Source of the DNA: Trichosphaerium sp. ATCC 40318
Taxonomy: Eukaryota; Protista; Tubulinea
Reading direction: 5' to 3'
Assembly (NCBI GenBank): GCA_038496445.1
Contig: JALMLS010000556.1
Location: 193,488 to 257,487, forward strand
DNA: 64,000 nucleotides
Each line of letters begins with the position of its first letter. Position 1 is the stretch's first letter. The notes beneath the pieces were generated by a model, which saw nothing but the letters and a program-made list of their open reading frames with translations, had not been told where the DNA came from and ran no database searches. Positions 11,535-24,049 of the stretch are shown one piece after another. The translations under genes were made by a program, and so were the position numbers.

Positions 11535-12752
11535 TTACATGCCATGTACAAGTAAAACACCCATTTCATCGGCAGCTTTTTTGAAGTCATTAACTTTCTT
11601 ACAATCTACCTCTAAGTACTGGAGAGACGTCAAATATTTCAGATGACTAGGTATTATTCTATCACATTGTCGAATACTAAGGTACTTGAGGCTAATCAAA
11701 TACTCAAATCCTGATCCTCTTATGTTATTGCAGATTGAGAGTGTTAGGTGTTTCAAGTGGCTCAAGCATTTGAAACTGTTGTCTACTACGGTAGGCAAGT
11801 TATTAATGTTGAGGTGATCGACAGTGCTTAAGTTGTCTAGACAGTTTGTTTGAAGCTTCCAACATAAGCCAAGTGTTAGATATTTAAGGCATACCAAATG
11901 CTCGAAGCAAGAACCTGTGATAGAGTTGCAATTGCTAAGCTTGAGTTGCTTGAGATTTACCAACTGCTTCAAACTCAAGTCTGAAATATTGTAACAATCT
12001 ATGAGTTCAAGTTGCTCTATGTTGTTGTTTAAATGTATAAAAGCGTCATCCTTTGTATCTGAGTTAGTTAAGGTTAAGTGCTTGGTATTGTGTAGTGCTT
12101 TGACTTGATCTTCTTCAAGAGCAGACCATGTATTAAAAGGGCACCATTCTATGCGAACTGTGTTAACATTGCCAAGGTGCTTGAGCCAACCAGGTTTTGG
12201 GCGACTGAGTGTAATGTCATGTACATCCTTAAGCGCCTTTATACCTTCAACAGTAATACGCCTACAATAACCAATATTGATGGTATGCACAGATTTGAGA
12301 GCCTTCAATGAAACATCTGTTACGAATGTGTTCGCAATATTGATACTATGGATATTGTGTTGCTGTCCTCCAACGAGCGATAGAATACTGTTATCATTAA
12401 GTAAAACATATTCCATATGTATGGTGTGAACACCACGAAGATAAGTCATGTTAGTAGCGCTTAGTGAGAATCTCTGGCCGGCAAAAATATTTCCGTGATT
12501 ACATATAATTTTGGTGTTTTTTAGTAACGGACTGCCTTCTAGAACACGACAATCTAAAGCCTCTATGAGACCAATGGTAATAAACCCAATATTATCACGA
12601 ATAACGTCATTGAACACGTGACAAACTGTGGTCGCTTTAACACGCTGCGTTTTATTTAAATAACTTAGCAGGTGCGTCAATGTCTCTGGTGGAAGATATT
12701 GAAGTGATATTAGCTCGCTAGAACGTGCTTGCTGGCGTTTGTTACTTGTCAT
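11535..12752 (-). CDS. Intronless F-box/LRR protein (405 aa)
   Basis: LQYLPPETLTHLLSYL..VCHVF F-box followed by cysteine-containing LRRs (LKQLKLSNCNSIT, LKHLTLSICNNIRG). Confidence 0.9.
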   Translation of the reverse strand: MTSNKRQQARSSELISLQYLPPETLTHLLSYLNKTQRVKATTVCHVFNDVIRDNIGFITIGLIEALDCRVLEGSPLLKNTKIICNHGNIFAGQRFSLSATNMTYLRGVHTIHMEYVLLNDNSILSLVGGQQHNIHSINIANTFVTDVSLKALKSVHTINIGYCRRITVEGIKALKDVHDITLSRPKPGWLKHLGNVNTVRIEWCPFNTWSALEEDQVKALHNTKHLTLTNSDTKDDAFIHLNNNIEQLELIDCYNISDLSLKQLVNLKQLKLSNCNSITGSCFEHLVCLKYLTLGLCWKLQTNCLDNLSTVDHLNINNLPTVVDNSFKCLSHLKHLTLSICNNIRGSGFEYLISLKYLSIRQCDRIIPSHLKYLTSLQYLEVDCKKVNDFKKAADEMGVLLVHGM

Positions 12753-13569
12753 TATGGATACTGCTCGCTTCGAAAATTAGCGTTGGGCGACGTAAAAAAG
12801 AATTCCCAAAGCGGAGTCTAACTTATTAAACGCGACAAAAAAAAAATATGGATAGTAAAATTTTATTTACAGCTCTTGAACTTACATTATCTTCAAATGA
12901 CTTACAAAAGTTTCTCTGTAAACGCCTGTGTTGCTACAAGGTAATATAAATCGGAAATGCTCAAAGCATCTTTTTGAAGAACAGTCACAAATTGTATGTG
13001 TGAACGTTAAAGGCAGTTTTAACAAATCCAAAGTCATTCGGCACCTATCACTAGTAATTCAGTAGGATGTTGTGTTTGACCAACCTAACTGATTAACCTA
13101 AGCAATAGCTGAAAATATATGGTGATGGAAGTCAGGAGAATAGGTTTATCACGTTGTGGAGACCCCAAAAAATGTTTCAATTGAGTGTCAATATTTTTTT
13201 ACCTCCAGGATTTGTTGCATTTGCGAGTCTGTCAATCAATACCTGTTTGTTTCCTTGCTTGTTAAGGTTCAATGTACTATAGTGTCTTGAAGAGAATGAT
13301 TTTTTCTTGTTTTCTACCATTTCCGGGGTCAGGTGAGCATGGCCTTATAACACTTTTGTGTAAAAATCGTGACACAAATCTCTGTGCCATTCTTTGGCCT
13401 TACTTTTTCTCTTTTCTATCCATAACTTTTATTTTTTCATGGCCAATTATGGTGTCGCAATGGGTTTTACATACATGCAAGAGCGGATTGGGAGGGTTTT
13501 TTGGGCTGTTTAAAAATTGTTACTATGAATAATTTTTCAACTTACTACCCGGAAAGAGCTAACATCACC

Positions 13570-15566
13570 TTTAGTGTTTTCTCATCTTATTAATAGTGCG
13601 CTAACAACTACGAAACAGAATACATTAGACCTTACAGTCTCCCAGTTGAGATGATAGTACATATCCTTACTTGGAATATTTATTCTTCGCCAGCATGTCA
13701 GGTTCAAGTGCAACCCTTCTTAAACTAACGTGCAATATAATATGGTACGCTTGTGGTCCAACAACAAGCCAATAAATAGAGCTTGATCAATATGACAGGA
13801 TCCTAGTACACAAGCCTAGTGGTTGTACTGGATAATTTGATGAATTTATTTAAAGAATCAGTGTGATTCATTCACTGTTAATAGTAACCTCGTGTATCAG
13901 ATACTATGACGGATACAGTATTACTTATCCTGTTAAAGAAAGAGCTAACGTAATTTTTACATTGAACTCTTGCTCCAGCATCAAAGTAAGCAGGGCACCA
14001 CTATTAACCGAATAAGTAAAGCATTAGAACGTAGAAATAATACTCATGCCACTCGCCAAGAAAAAAACAAGAAAACACCAAATAAGAAAAAAAAAAGGAA
14101 GCGCTTCTCAGCTTATACGCACACTAGTATTCTTCTCAACCCAACAATTTCCATGGATGTCACGTATTGATAAATGAGACGAGTAACATTTTATATCAAA
14201 ATATTTAGGTTTCATCCAATCTCCAAAGTAAGATTTCAAAAGTTTGTCATCACATGATCCCTTTACACCTGCAACAAAAAATCAATTTCTTCATTTGATC
14301 CTTCAAGTATCAGCACTTGAATACTACCTGATAAGTGTGCCCTCTCTGGGTAAATAAAAGGCCCTGCGTGAAGTTTGTTATATCCTGAAGAATAGCTGGT
14401 TGATGTTGTATCATCCTCAGAAAGAAGTGGTGATACACCAATATCAGCAGGTTTGACATTATCTTCTTTCTTAAAAAACTCTGTGAATCTATCAAAGAAA
14501 GCAGCATAAATAGCCCTAAACAAGTATTACAACAACAAGTAAAGTACGCAAAAAGAACAATGTTGTAAGTTGCATCTATTCTGATTTGTCTTACTCTTTG
14601 CTTGTAATGCTTATTGGCTTTGTATCATCAGTGCCTCTAGTTAAAATAATATCACAATCAGATGAAAGCATAGTCATTGTCAAAGCTGCCAAGTGGATCC
14701 TATCAATACCTACAGAAGATGCAATACGTTCTGGTACTGAATAATTAACAACTTCTGGTTCACCAATTTGTGGTTTGAAGTCTTTTCCTTTTCGAAAAAA
14801 CTTGTTGCTCCTTAAAATATACGTATAAAATCAATTTAAATGACAAGGAGAGTGAAAAGAAAAAACCAAAACAAAAAATGATGAGTCCAAAAAATTTGCA
14901 ACAGACAAACGCGTACTCGTGTTTTATAGATGTGGAAGTTATTGTTTCATAGTGTAAAGATGAAGCTAAAAGGATAAGATTATTGTCAGAAAAAATGACG
15001 AAAACTATCACGTGAGTACAACTCAAAAGCCTAATTAAAAAAAAATTGGCTCACAGCGACAAACCTTCTTCAATGTCCCCTATGCCATCAAAAGGCATGC
15101 TACTGCTTTCTATATCGCAACATCTGTCATACCAAGATTTACCAGGTTTCAAAGGCAAAAGCTAACAAAAGTGAGAATCAAATCGAAAACATTTCTATCG
15201 GAAGTCTGAGGCTGTCGAAAAACCGACTTATTTAGATTAAAATGGCGCTATCGCCTTCATGTACTATATGAGAGTCATTGCGCACCTTTGTTGACGATTC
15301 GAACTGTTCTAAAGCGATTTTTTTCCACACAGCGTCAGACGTCGCCACTTTCCTCCAAAACTATCAAAATAAGCATATTTACGCTATTTATTATGTTTTT
15401 GTTCGTTTAATATTAAAATCAATTGTTTTCGTTGTACTTGACACACTAGAGCTGCGGACATGCGTATATCATCTTCTGAAGAGTAGAAAAAGATGTTTAA
15501 CAAAACGTCGTGGTTCAATTCTACAAAATGTTTATTTGGTGCTCTTTCATCATCTTCGCATTCCAT
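13570..15566 (-). CDS. F-box protein with unrecognised C-terminal region, multi-exon; 3' end approximate
   Basis: MECEDD..FVELNHDVLLNIFFY..AALVCQ spliced to FWRKVATSDAVWKKIALEQF, then LLPLKPGKSWYDRC; further exons at about 14600-14810 and 14263-14515. Confidence 0.6.
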
Positions 15567-16219
15567 GACTCTCTACAAGTTATTCTAAAACTACTACTTA
15601 TCAATGTAGAATTTTCATGAAAATATGATAAATTTGTACTTGAAGGACGCCCGTAAGCTTCTTTTAAACCTCCAATGTGTAGCACGTACGCTACGTTCTA
15701 CTCTTACTAGTACACAATATATGGATCTTGCAGAGTTGAGCGAGGCTACATCTCCTTTGCAAGAACTTTCACACATAAGATTGATAGGTAGTGGTGACTG
15801 TAGACTACAACATTACAATGCTAGGGTGATTGATACAGGTATTGGTGACTATAGACTATGGCAGCATCGCTTTGAGACAGTTTCGAAAATTACAGAAATT
15901 TATGTTTTTTCGAGAACCTTGGTGACGTTTTTACTCACCTCAGAACCATCTTAAACTTCAATTGCTATTTATAATATGTGTATATGACACTATACTTATA
16001 GGTGCAATGTGTATTTTGCGATTCGTTTATGGTGTACCAAAGAAAAGTACGGACAATCAAAGTAATATTTTTCAAAACAAGAAAATTCCAAGAATATTTC
16101 AGTTTGTTTGAAATTGCTTGTAACAGATTAGCTATATTAACAGCAACTACGAATTAGTATATAGCTTGTTTTCGCTGCATTTTATTTAATAAATGGTTTT
16201 AGATGCACCAAATTTGCAA

Positions 16220-18874
16220 TCAAACAAGGCTGTAAAGAATACATACAATACCAAGGATAACAGCTTTGACAACATTAAAAGACAGCACGCCCTCAGAAGT
16301 AACAGTAGGATTTGAGATTACTCGTTCATTTCCTTCAGTAACAGTAGATGGTTTAAGTCCAGTGACAGCCTACATTCGGTAAGACCACTTAAGCAACAAA
16401 AAGCTATCAAAAACAAAACAAAAAAACAATTACCGTCATCGTGACGTTTGAGGCGTTAAACGAATCTTTCGTCATTTGAATAGCTGCTGGATCACTTAAA
16501 TATGAAGACACAATTGAGGCTGCATTATCATCTATAGGAGCATGTTAGAGTTGTTTGGTAACCAACAATACAAAATAACAAAAAGCACGTGCCTAAAATT
16601 CTCACGTCAAATTGAGTACCAGCCTGTCTCTTTAAAGTTGTTGGAGAAACTGTAACATTGACGGATAACTGGTTTGAAAATATATCTATTATTATAATTA
16701 TAAAACCTTGTATATCACCTATAACAACAAACGATATTCTGATGCTAATATCTAAAAACAACATATTAGAGTTGACTAAAAGGTTATTCATTCTTTTTTC
16801 TTTTTTTTTTCCTTCTATCAAAAACTATTTGTACCATTCGTTATACATGCTTTACTTGTACTCGAGAACTCAACAATGCCTGAACCAAGTTGCCATGAGT
16901 AAATTGTATTTTCTTTATCGAACGTAAACTCTATAGGTCCATTGTCGGCTGCTGGATAGTATTCATTCCTCGGTCCTTCAAAAACAGTTGGAACAAATGC
17001 TGAAGTATCCGCAGAATCAAAAGTGTTTATGATATTGTTGTCTCCATATTCTATTGTTATGCTCGTCTCCTGTTTTCATTGATGAGTAAGTAAGTCTTAA
17101 ATTAGTTCTTGAGCTAACTTACCGATGTGTCATATCCTAAGTAAGCCACATAAGATCCTTTAATTAGAGCTACACAATCCAGTCGGGGTTTTATCTAAAA
17201 ACAAGCTTGATGAGATATATTATAAGCTCTTCCGGAACTCACGTTTGGTAGTGGTGCTGCAGTTGGAGCTACAGTCGTTGATGGTGTGTATGGAGGTGGC
17301 GTAGGAATAGCAGGGGTTGGGGCATCAGGCGACAAAGGAGGTAGCGTATTTTGAACAGGTGGCAAAGTAACATCTGGAGCATGCGTTGTTCCAGGAGCAA
17401 GTGGTGGTAACGTTAGTTGAGTAGGTTGTGGTGTTACAACAGGTGAACGTGTAGTAGGTACTTCATTCGTTGATGGAGCCTCGGTAGTTGGTGTTTCAGT
17501 AGTAGGAGATTCAGTTTTTGGAGCCTCAGTTGTTGGAGTGTCTTAAGACTAGTATTAGTACACCATGTTAAAACTATATTTTCACGTACCCATTGATGTG
17601 AATGCGTTTTGCAATCCTGCAATTTTACTACATCCAACACAACCATTGGAAGTGTTTTTTGCGTTGGTCAAATTAGCTGCGCCATTTGCAACCCAATTTG
17701 ATTCTCCATCAGCGAGATAGTAATGATTCTCAGCACATGACGTACTTCCATTAACAAGTTTATCAGGATGGTCGACTGTACCAAAAAAGTACGATTCATC
17801 TTCAGGCAACCTCCACCAATTCCCGTTTGTGTCTTTAGCCATAAACGCGTACGGTTCGCATTCAGCTGATTTAGGCTGCCTGCTAACATAAAACGCTGAT
17901 GTAGAAGGCTCGCCAATGCTATTATCCCCACTAGAGGAAGAAGACCCATAGTCACTTTCGACAATGGTATCCATAGTAATCATTGTATCTTTGTACAGTA
18001 AATACACTTTATCAACGGATACAGGTTCGTCTTTCTTTCCGCCAAAAAATTGAACCATAAATGTAAAGTCGTCTTGATCCCAATCAAAATGTGTCGCGTG
18101 CGGGAACACGTGATCCTCCCAATCTTCTGTATCATATATACCTACCATAGTAGTAGACCCTTGAGGGTAATAACCGATACCTTGGTGATTATAACGTTCA
18201 TTAAATACCATACCACAATGAGATGATGAACTTGTTAGTGCTGTATTACCTCCCCAAATTCCTTCTGATCCAATGTCGTTCCAAGAATTTGATGTAAATA
18301 ACAATTGTATCATACCCTTCGTACGATATTTATATCCGCACTGACCCCACGAATTATGTACGCAATAACTACAACACGTGAAATGTGATGTTTGTTGGTC
18401 TTGGCAAGTATGACTCGCATTACTTCTAGAGCATCCAGAGTGCACAGTTGCTCCAGAATAAGAATTATATCTTGCAGCTTGGACAGCTTCTGACATGAAG
18501 TAAAATGGTTTCGTTGCTGGTACACTTGTTTCATTACAGTTACTGGCATACGAACCACTAAATCCCCATTCAGAACCGGCATAGAACCCTGAGTATAATC
18601 TCGCCATGTTACGCATTAAAAAGTCCGTTCTTTCTTGTACGTTCGGATGTATAGCTAATACGTCAACATCTCCCGGTCCTGAGTAGATTAATGGACATTG
18701 TGGTGTTTTATCTCCAACACAGCATGTTTGTTGCGGAATTGGGTAACGGCATGATGGATCAGCGTCGATTAGATTGTATTTTGAAGGATAGAGGCCTGTT
18801 TGGCCTGCTTGACCTTGTACGTTCCAAATTGCACACAAAGTGCACAAAACAAGGCACCAAGTTCCTGAATTCAT
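16220..18874 (-). CDS. Secreted or membrane-anchored protein: Cys-rich CAP/SCP-like N-terminal domain, Pro/Thr mucin-like stalk, C-terminal hydrophobic tail
   Basis: Signal peptide MNSGTWCLVLCTLCAIWNVQG; PNVQERTDFLMRNMARL..PFYFMSEAVQAARYNS..HCGMVFNERYNHQGIGY; PT-rich exon about 17243-17542; ends VVKAVILGIVCILYSLV*. Confidence 0.7.
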
Positions 18875-19618
18875 TTTCAATACGTATCAAGTTCGTTTAG
18901 TACCAAGACGTGGCTTTCGTGTTGTGTACGGCGAATAATCCCAAATTAGGCAAGTTTTTTACGCCGATGAATGTATTCTACCCAATACAGTTAAATTTCG
19001 CTACTACGCTGTCCATTTAACGTATTAGTAGTATATGAAATACTAATACAGCGGGATAAATACAGAATACCGAACTAATACTTGGATTGCAAGCTACGCC
19101 ACTGTGGTTACAGTGACATCAATATCAATATTCTCCGTGCTTCTCGGTGTTCGGACAAATTTACGGAACTCCTTACAATGGGTAGAACAGCTTGTGAGCG
19201 GTATCAACAGAAACAGACAAAAAACGGTTTTTAGAGAATGCATTTCATTCGCTTATTTAAGAATGGCGCATCACAGTTTCATAAATTTGTGAAAAAATGT
19301 TTTTGTAAAAAAAGTTGTTTGACTGTTGGTACTTTTCCTCGGCACAGCATAAACGAATCACAAAAAGGTCTTTAAAACTATAAGTATAGTATCCTAGGTA
19401 CAAGCTAAAAATAATAATTGAATGATTAAAATGATTCTTAGGTGAGTAAAAAGCGTTCTCAAAGATTCTCGAAATCCGTGAAATTTCAAAAATTACAATG
19501 TACAATTTTCGAAACTGGCTCAAAACCGATGCTGCCCCATAGTCATTTTTGTTGAAACCTGGTTTATTAATGAGTTGTTACATCGGTAAAGCGTGGTTTT
19601 GATAAAATTGAGGGTACT

Positions 19619-20611
19619 TTACACAGATCCCCACAGTTTTTTGAGCTGTGCAAGGAGAACTTGGGAGTGCACAACTTTAATTGTATGAACACTTGAAAGT
19701 GCTTTGATACCTTCTTCAGTGACACGTGTGTTACTTACATCAATTGAATGACATGCTCTAAATACTGTGGAACTGTTATTACTTACCCAAGTTTGATTTA
19801 AAGTAATAGAATGACATCCTACCAATGCTTTCACTCCTTCATCTGTCACCTTTGTGATAGCCAGGTTTATCGTGTGAACTCCTTTCAACGCCTTGACCCC
19901 TTCGTCTGTAACCCTGGTTGCACACAAGTCAATTGTATGGACACCTGCGAGTGCTTTGACGCCTTTATCCGTAACCTTGGTACAACACAAATTGATGTTG
20001 TGAACGCCTTTGAGTGCTTTGACACCTTCATCTGTAACTTGAGTATTCCGAATATTTATAGTATGAACACCAGCAAGATGTTTGATTCCTTCGTCTGATA
20101 CTTTAGTAAAAGCAAGATCAATGGTATGAACTCCAGCAAGTGACTTAATACCATCGTTTGTCAAGTGTTGACTTGTACAAAAATTGATAGTATGGATACC
20201 AGCAAGCTGCTTTGCTTGTTTGTCGGTTACATCACCAATACTAATAGATCGAATATTCTTCATTTGATTGATATCGAAGTTCTTTGGTACAGCACATGCA
20301 GTAAAATCTTGGACATTTTGAAGATACTTGAGATGTCTTCGATTGAACTTGTAAGCTAAATAGATACGTTCTGTTTTGATGAGCCTTGGGCATTCTTTGT
20401 AAAGTTTCTTGAGCTTCTTTTTTGATGTAATAGTAACAATTCTTCTCTTTTTTCCGTAATTCAAGTGATTGATAGCAATTTGTTCCATGAGTTTAGATGT
20501 GCGTACAACTGAATGCATTGATGTATATGAAACGAATTGAAGTATATTAACGGTGACTTCTGGAGGTATTTCATCAAAGAATCGAATTATTTTGATTTTG
20601 TTAAAGGTCAT
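19619..20611 (-). CDS. Intronless F-box/LRR protein (330 aa), paralog of 4231-5405
   Basis: FFDEIPPEVTVNILQFV F-box; about nine 21-aa repeats of the form HTIDLxxTKVTDEGVKALxGV. Confidence 0.9.
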   Translation of the reverse strand: MTFNKIKIIRFFDEIPPEVTVNILQFVSYTSMHSVVRTSKLMEQIAINHLNYGKKRRIVTITSKKKLKKLYKECPRLIKTERIYLAYKFNRRHLKYLQNVQDFTACAVPKNFDINQMKNIRSISIGDVTDKQAKQLAGIHTINFCTSQHLTNDGIKSLAGVHTIDLAFTKVSDEGIKHLAGVHTINIRNTQVTDEGVKALKGVHNINLCCTKVTDKGVKALAGVHTIDLCATRVTDEGVKALKGVHTINLAITKVTDEGVKALVGCHSITLNQTWVSNNSSTVFRACHSIDVSNTRVTEEGIKALSSVHTIKVVHSQVLLAQLKKLWGSV

Positions 20612-21705
20612 TGCTACGAGTCTGTATTGATGATAAACAGGCTATAATTGCTTTCTAGATGGTAATGTTTAAGTACTCCGATAATCAGAGCAGTTGCAAT
20701 GCGCGTTGAAGCCGAAAAAATATGAAAAATTTGCTGTTTTCAATCACTGTCGGTTTTCAATCTAGATTATCTTTCAATCTGTTCTGCACGGATATCAAAA
20801 GCTCTAAAGTCGGAATTATTGCGTCATTCAAGCATTGAATTGATTTGCTTTTGTGTTGCTGCTTATTAGAAAAAAGAGTCCTATGGCGATTGATGTCCAC
20901 GCTCACTGACTTCTCCTATTACAACTGTTCTGATTAGACAAGTATCTAGCGATGCTGATATAGTTAGATGTAGGTCGATTCAAGCAGTTGTAACAAACAC
21001 AGCATGAAAAACTGCTATTGTTCCTCTACATCTTGAAATACAAATTAATTCAAAATAATAAGAAATACCGTAGGTAGAACACAGGCGAGTCATCATACCC
21101 ACCAGTCCCATTCTTTAATATTAACACATGGAGCTTTCCATCCTGAGTATTTTTTTGGCTTCTGGATCAGCAAACGGGATAGAATAGTCTGTGACAGCAT
21201 CACAACCTTCCGTTGTTCCAGTCAGAAAACCAACAAACAAAGTACTTCGTTGCACTAACTTAGCTTATGATATCTAACTCCTCATCAGTAAGAATCTCAG
21301 CGCCAAACCCCTCATGTTTGTGTTTGAGCCACCTACATATTGAGTCTTCCTCCATACCCTTGGTACGTACAATTTTTACTCCTGCCATACGTGGGTACGT
21401 AACCAACAACTATAAGCCATGCACATCGCCTAATTTTATATGACCTTTCCTAGCTGCGAACAAGGTTGACTGACTTGCACTTGAGCTTGGAGCACGTGCG
21501 ACTTACACAATTACCAGTTCATCTACCAAGATAAGCAGTTCGCTAAGCTATAAACCATGAACCGGGTTCCAAAAACCGAAAACCTGCTTTCAAGACTTAA
21601 CCAATTCTCTTAACACATCAACGGCAACAAATTAAAACCAAAGAAATTCACAATGCATAATGTGCGGTTCGTGATACTATTCGTTTTAATGTTTACAAAC
21701 CCAAG

Positions 21706-23260
21706 GTGTTCTCTAAAACGCCTTATGAAAGAAATGGAGATAAGGCTCCTTATTTTGAAGCGGAAATAGTTGACGAAAGGTTTGTTTGCTTTATACGCTA
21801 CCTTTTTCTCATTTATCTTCTACAGGCGCGATATGGCGATAGGTTTCTCTCCCAAAAATTATACTGGAATGCTGCCAGGGGACTACCAAAAGTATGCAAA
21901 TTACTCTTACATTTGCCGAATTTTTTTGTCACGTGCACGTGACCACGATGCTTTTTAAGTCTTATTTTTGCCTCGTCTGCGCTTACACTGATACGTAGTT
22001 CATATGGATACATCGCTGATGGTAACACAAAGCATAATGGAGAAGTTGGCATCAAAACAGAACCGTTCAATAAGGGTGACATTGTCGGTTTTGGTTTCAT
22101 TGAAGACTCCTTCAGAAGGGCTTGTTTGTTTGCTACACGCAATGGAAAGTTCCTCGGTATCATGTTCTATGATATACCACGTGGTATGGATCTATACGGA
22201 GTCGGTAAGTCACATTATAAAATCAAACGTAATGTAATGACTTTTTGTGTTTAAGTTGGAACTTCCCATCCTGGTACTATAAAGCCAAACTTTGGATCGA
22301 AGCCATTCAAATTCGATGTCAACACATTAAAGACGCGCCCTGAGCTTATTGCTGATGATATCAATCACATTGGAAAACTAGCAGAAGAGCTGACATTAAA
22401 AATCTTAGAAGTGCGCCAATCTAATTTTCTGAAACTTATTTTTTTCTCGTTTTTAGCATACTGTAACAGAAAAAGGTTACTTTCTTTGCAATCTAGCACT
22501 TGTATCAAAATCTGTAAAGTCAATAAGTAGCGATAATTCGATATGGAAACCACTTTACTTTCGTTCTTTTGCCAACCAAAATAAGAACTTGAAAGTAAAG
22601 TCATGGAAAAAAATGTTTTTGGCAAGGTACCACTTTATTGTATTTCTTCCCTGTCCTACCATCTTTATAATGAATTAGTACTTACGGTTTTGCTCAGAAA
22701 AGAAAAGTTAAAGCACGTTAAGAGATCACGTCATCGGTCATCAACAATAGGTACCATTCTTAACAAAATCAATACCTCTCAGCCTGTCCTTGTATTGTGC
22801 ACTTATTAGTTGGCTGCTTACTTGCTACTAAAACCATTCTTCATTGTGTTTGTTGACATTATCGAACCTAAAACATGATTGTGTTGCAACATGATCAAGC
22901 CCTTTTTTTTTTTGTCTGTTTTTTTTTCTGATAATTCAATTAGAGAACTGTGCATTGGACTTCGAATGTCCTATGCTCTGGGAGAATCTTCAAAAAGCTC
23001 CACATGACAAAAGACAAGTAAGTGTAATGAAAGCTGGTGATAAGGGTTTTTGTGAAAAGTGTAGCTGCGATGTTTATGTAGTTACAAAAGATACAGCACA
23101 ATCGTAAGTCTTTCTTCTACTTTGTCTTTTTGTTCTTGCTAAACACCTCTGTAGGCATATTGAACGTGGACATTGCATTTCTTTTTATGTTCAACAACCA
23201 TATGGTAAAGTAAGGAAAACAGGCAGTCGTAGGGTTGTATTACCTACAAGAAAGAAGTAA
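21706..23260 (+). pseudogene. SPRY/B30.2-domain gene with a downstream F-box-like segment; possibly degenerate, boundaries approximate
   Basis: YFEAEIVD, MAIGFS..GMLPG, SYGYIADG, PFNKGDIVGFG..FATRNGKFLG, NFGSKPFKFD, then IGKLAEELTLKILE; no clean 5' exon found and an in-frame stop near 22528. Confidence 0.6.
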
Positions 23261-23426
23261 ATTCAAAAATTATGAAATATTACTTCTATCCTTGTGCAAC
23301 CATTGGGATCATAATAAATACTTAGCTACCTTTTTTTAAGAACTGCTCTACGTGCTTCATAACTTAGGTTAAGTGCTTATGAAACTGCAATTGGCAGGTC
23401 TTTTGCATACGAAGAGCAATATATCG

Positions 23427-23530
23427 CATGATACCGAGGAACTTTCCATTGCGTGTAGCAAACAAACAAGCCCTTCTGAAGGAGTCTTCAATGAAACCAA
23501 AACCGACAATGTCACCCTTATTGAACGGTT
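23427..23530 (-). repeat. 104-bp exact inverted copy of SPRY coding segment 22061-22164
   Basis: The reverse complement of aaccgttcaataagggtg...cctcggtatcatg reads without a mismatch by eye. Confidence 0.9.
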
Positions 23531-24049
23531 CGCAGTCATATTATCCACTACATTAACCGCACCTTCTTCTGAAGTATATCAAAAGACACATATGTAAGGT
23601 TGTTTTGAGGTTGGCAAGAATATTACGTGACGAATTAAAATACAAGAAACTGGGAAATGTAGCAGGTGTTGCTCAGTAGTAATCAATTTGAAACTGTTTT
23701 GCATGCGAAGAGCAATATATTGCAAACGCTTCAGCGCTGTAACACGTGATTCCTCTGAGTGCGTTCATTGAATTGTACAACTCGAATCCTCTCGTTGGAG
23801 CCCGTTGAGTCTCGGATCAATAACTGAATATCTTCATGTTACACTTGCTTGTTGATATGTACACTGTACAAACTACTGAATAAACTTGACTATTTGTCAG
23901 TTTTGATCTACATAAACGAATTTAAGTAACAAAGCATAAACCACAAAAGAAGCTAGCAATACTACTTGTACGAGAATAATTTATTTTTCTAGCAAGATAA
24001 AAATAATTACCCTCATTGTTTTCAATAGTCCAAAAAACCAACAATAAGC

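Noticed and set aside
19230-19616. Possible transposon end abutting the F-box/LRR stop codon
   Set aside because: No matching TIR or TSD found in the window
21080-21420. Coding-like minus-strand stretch
   Set aside because: Several stops and no recognisable domain
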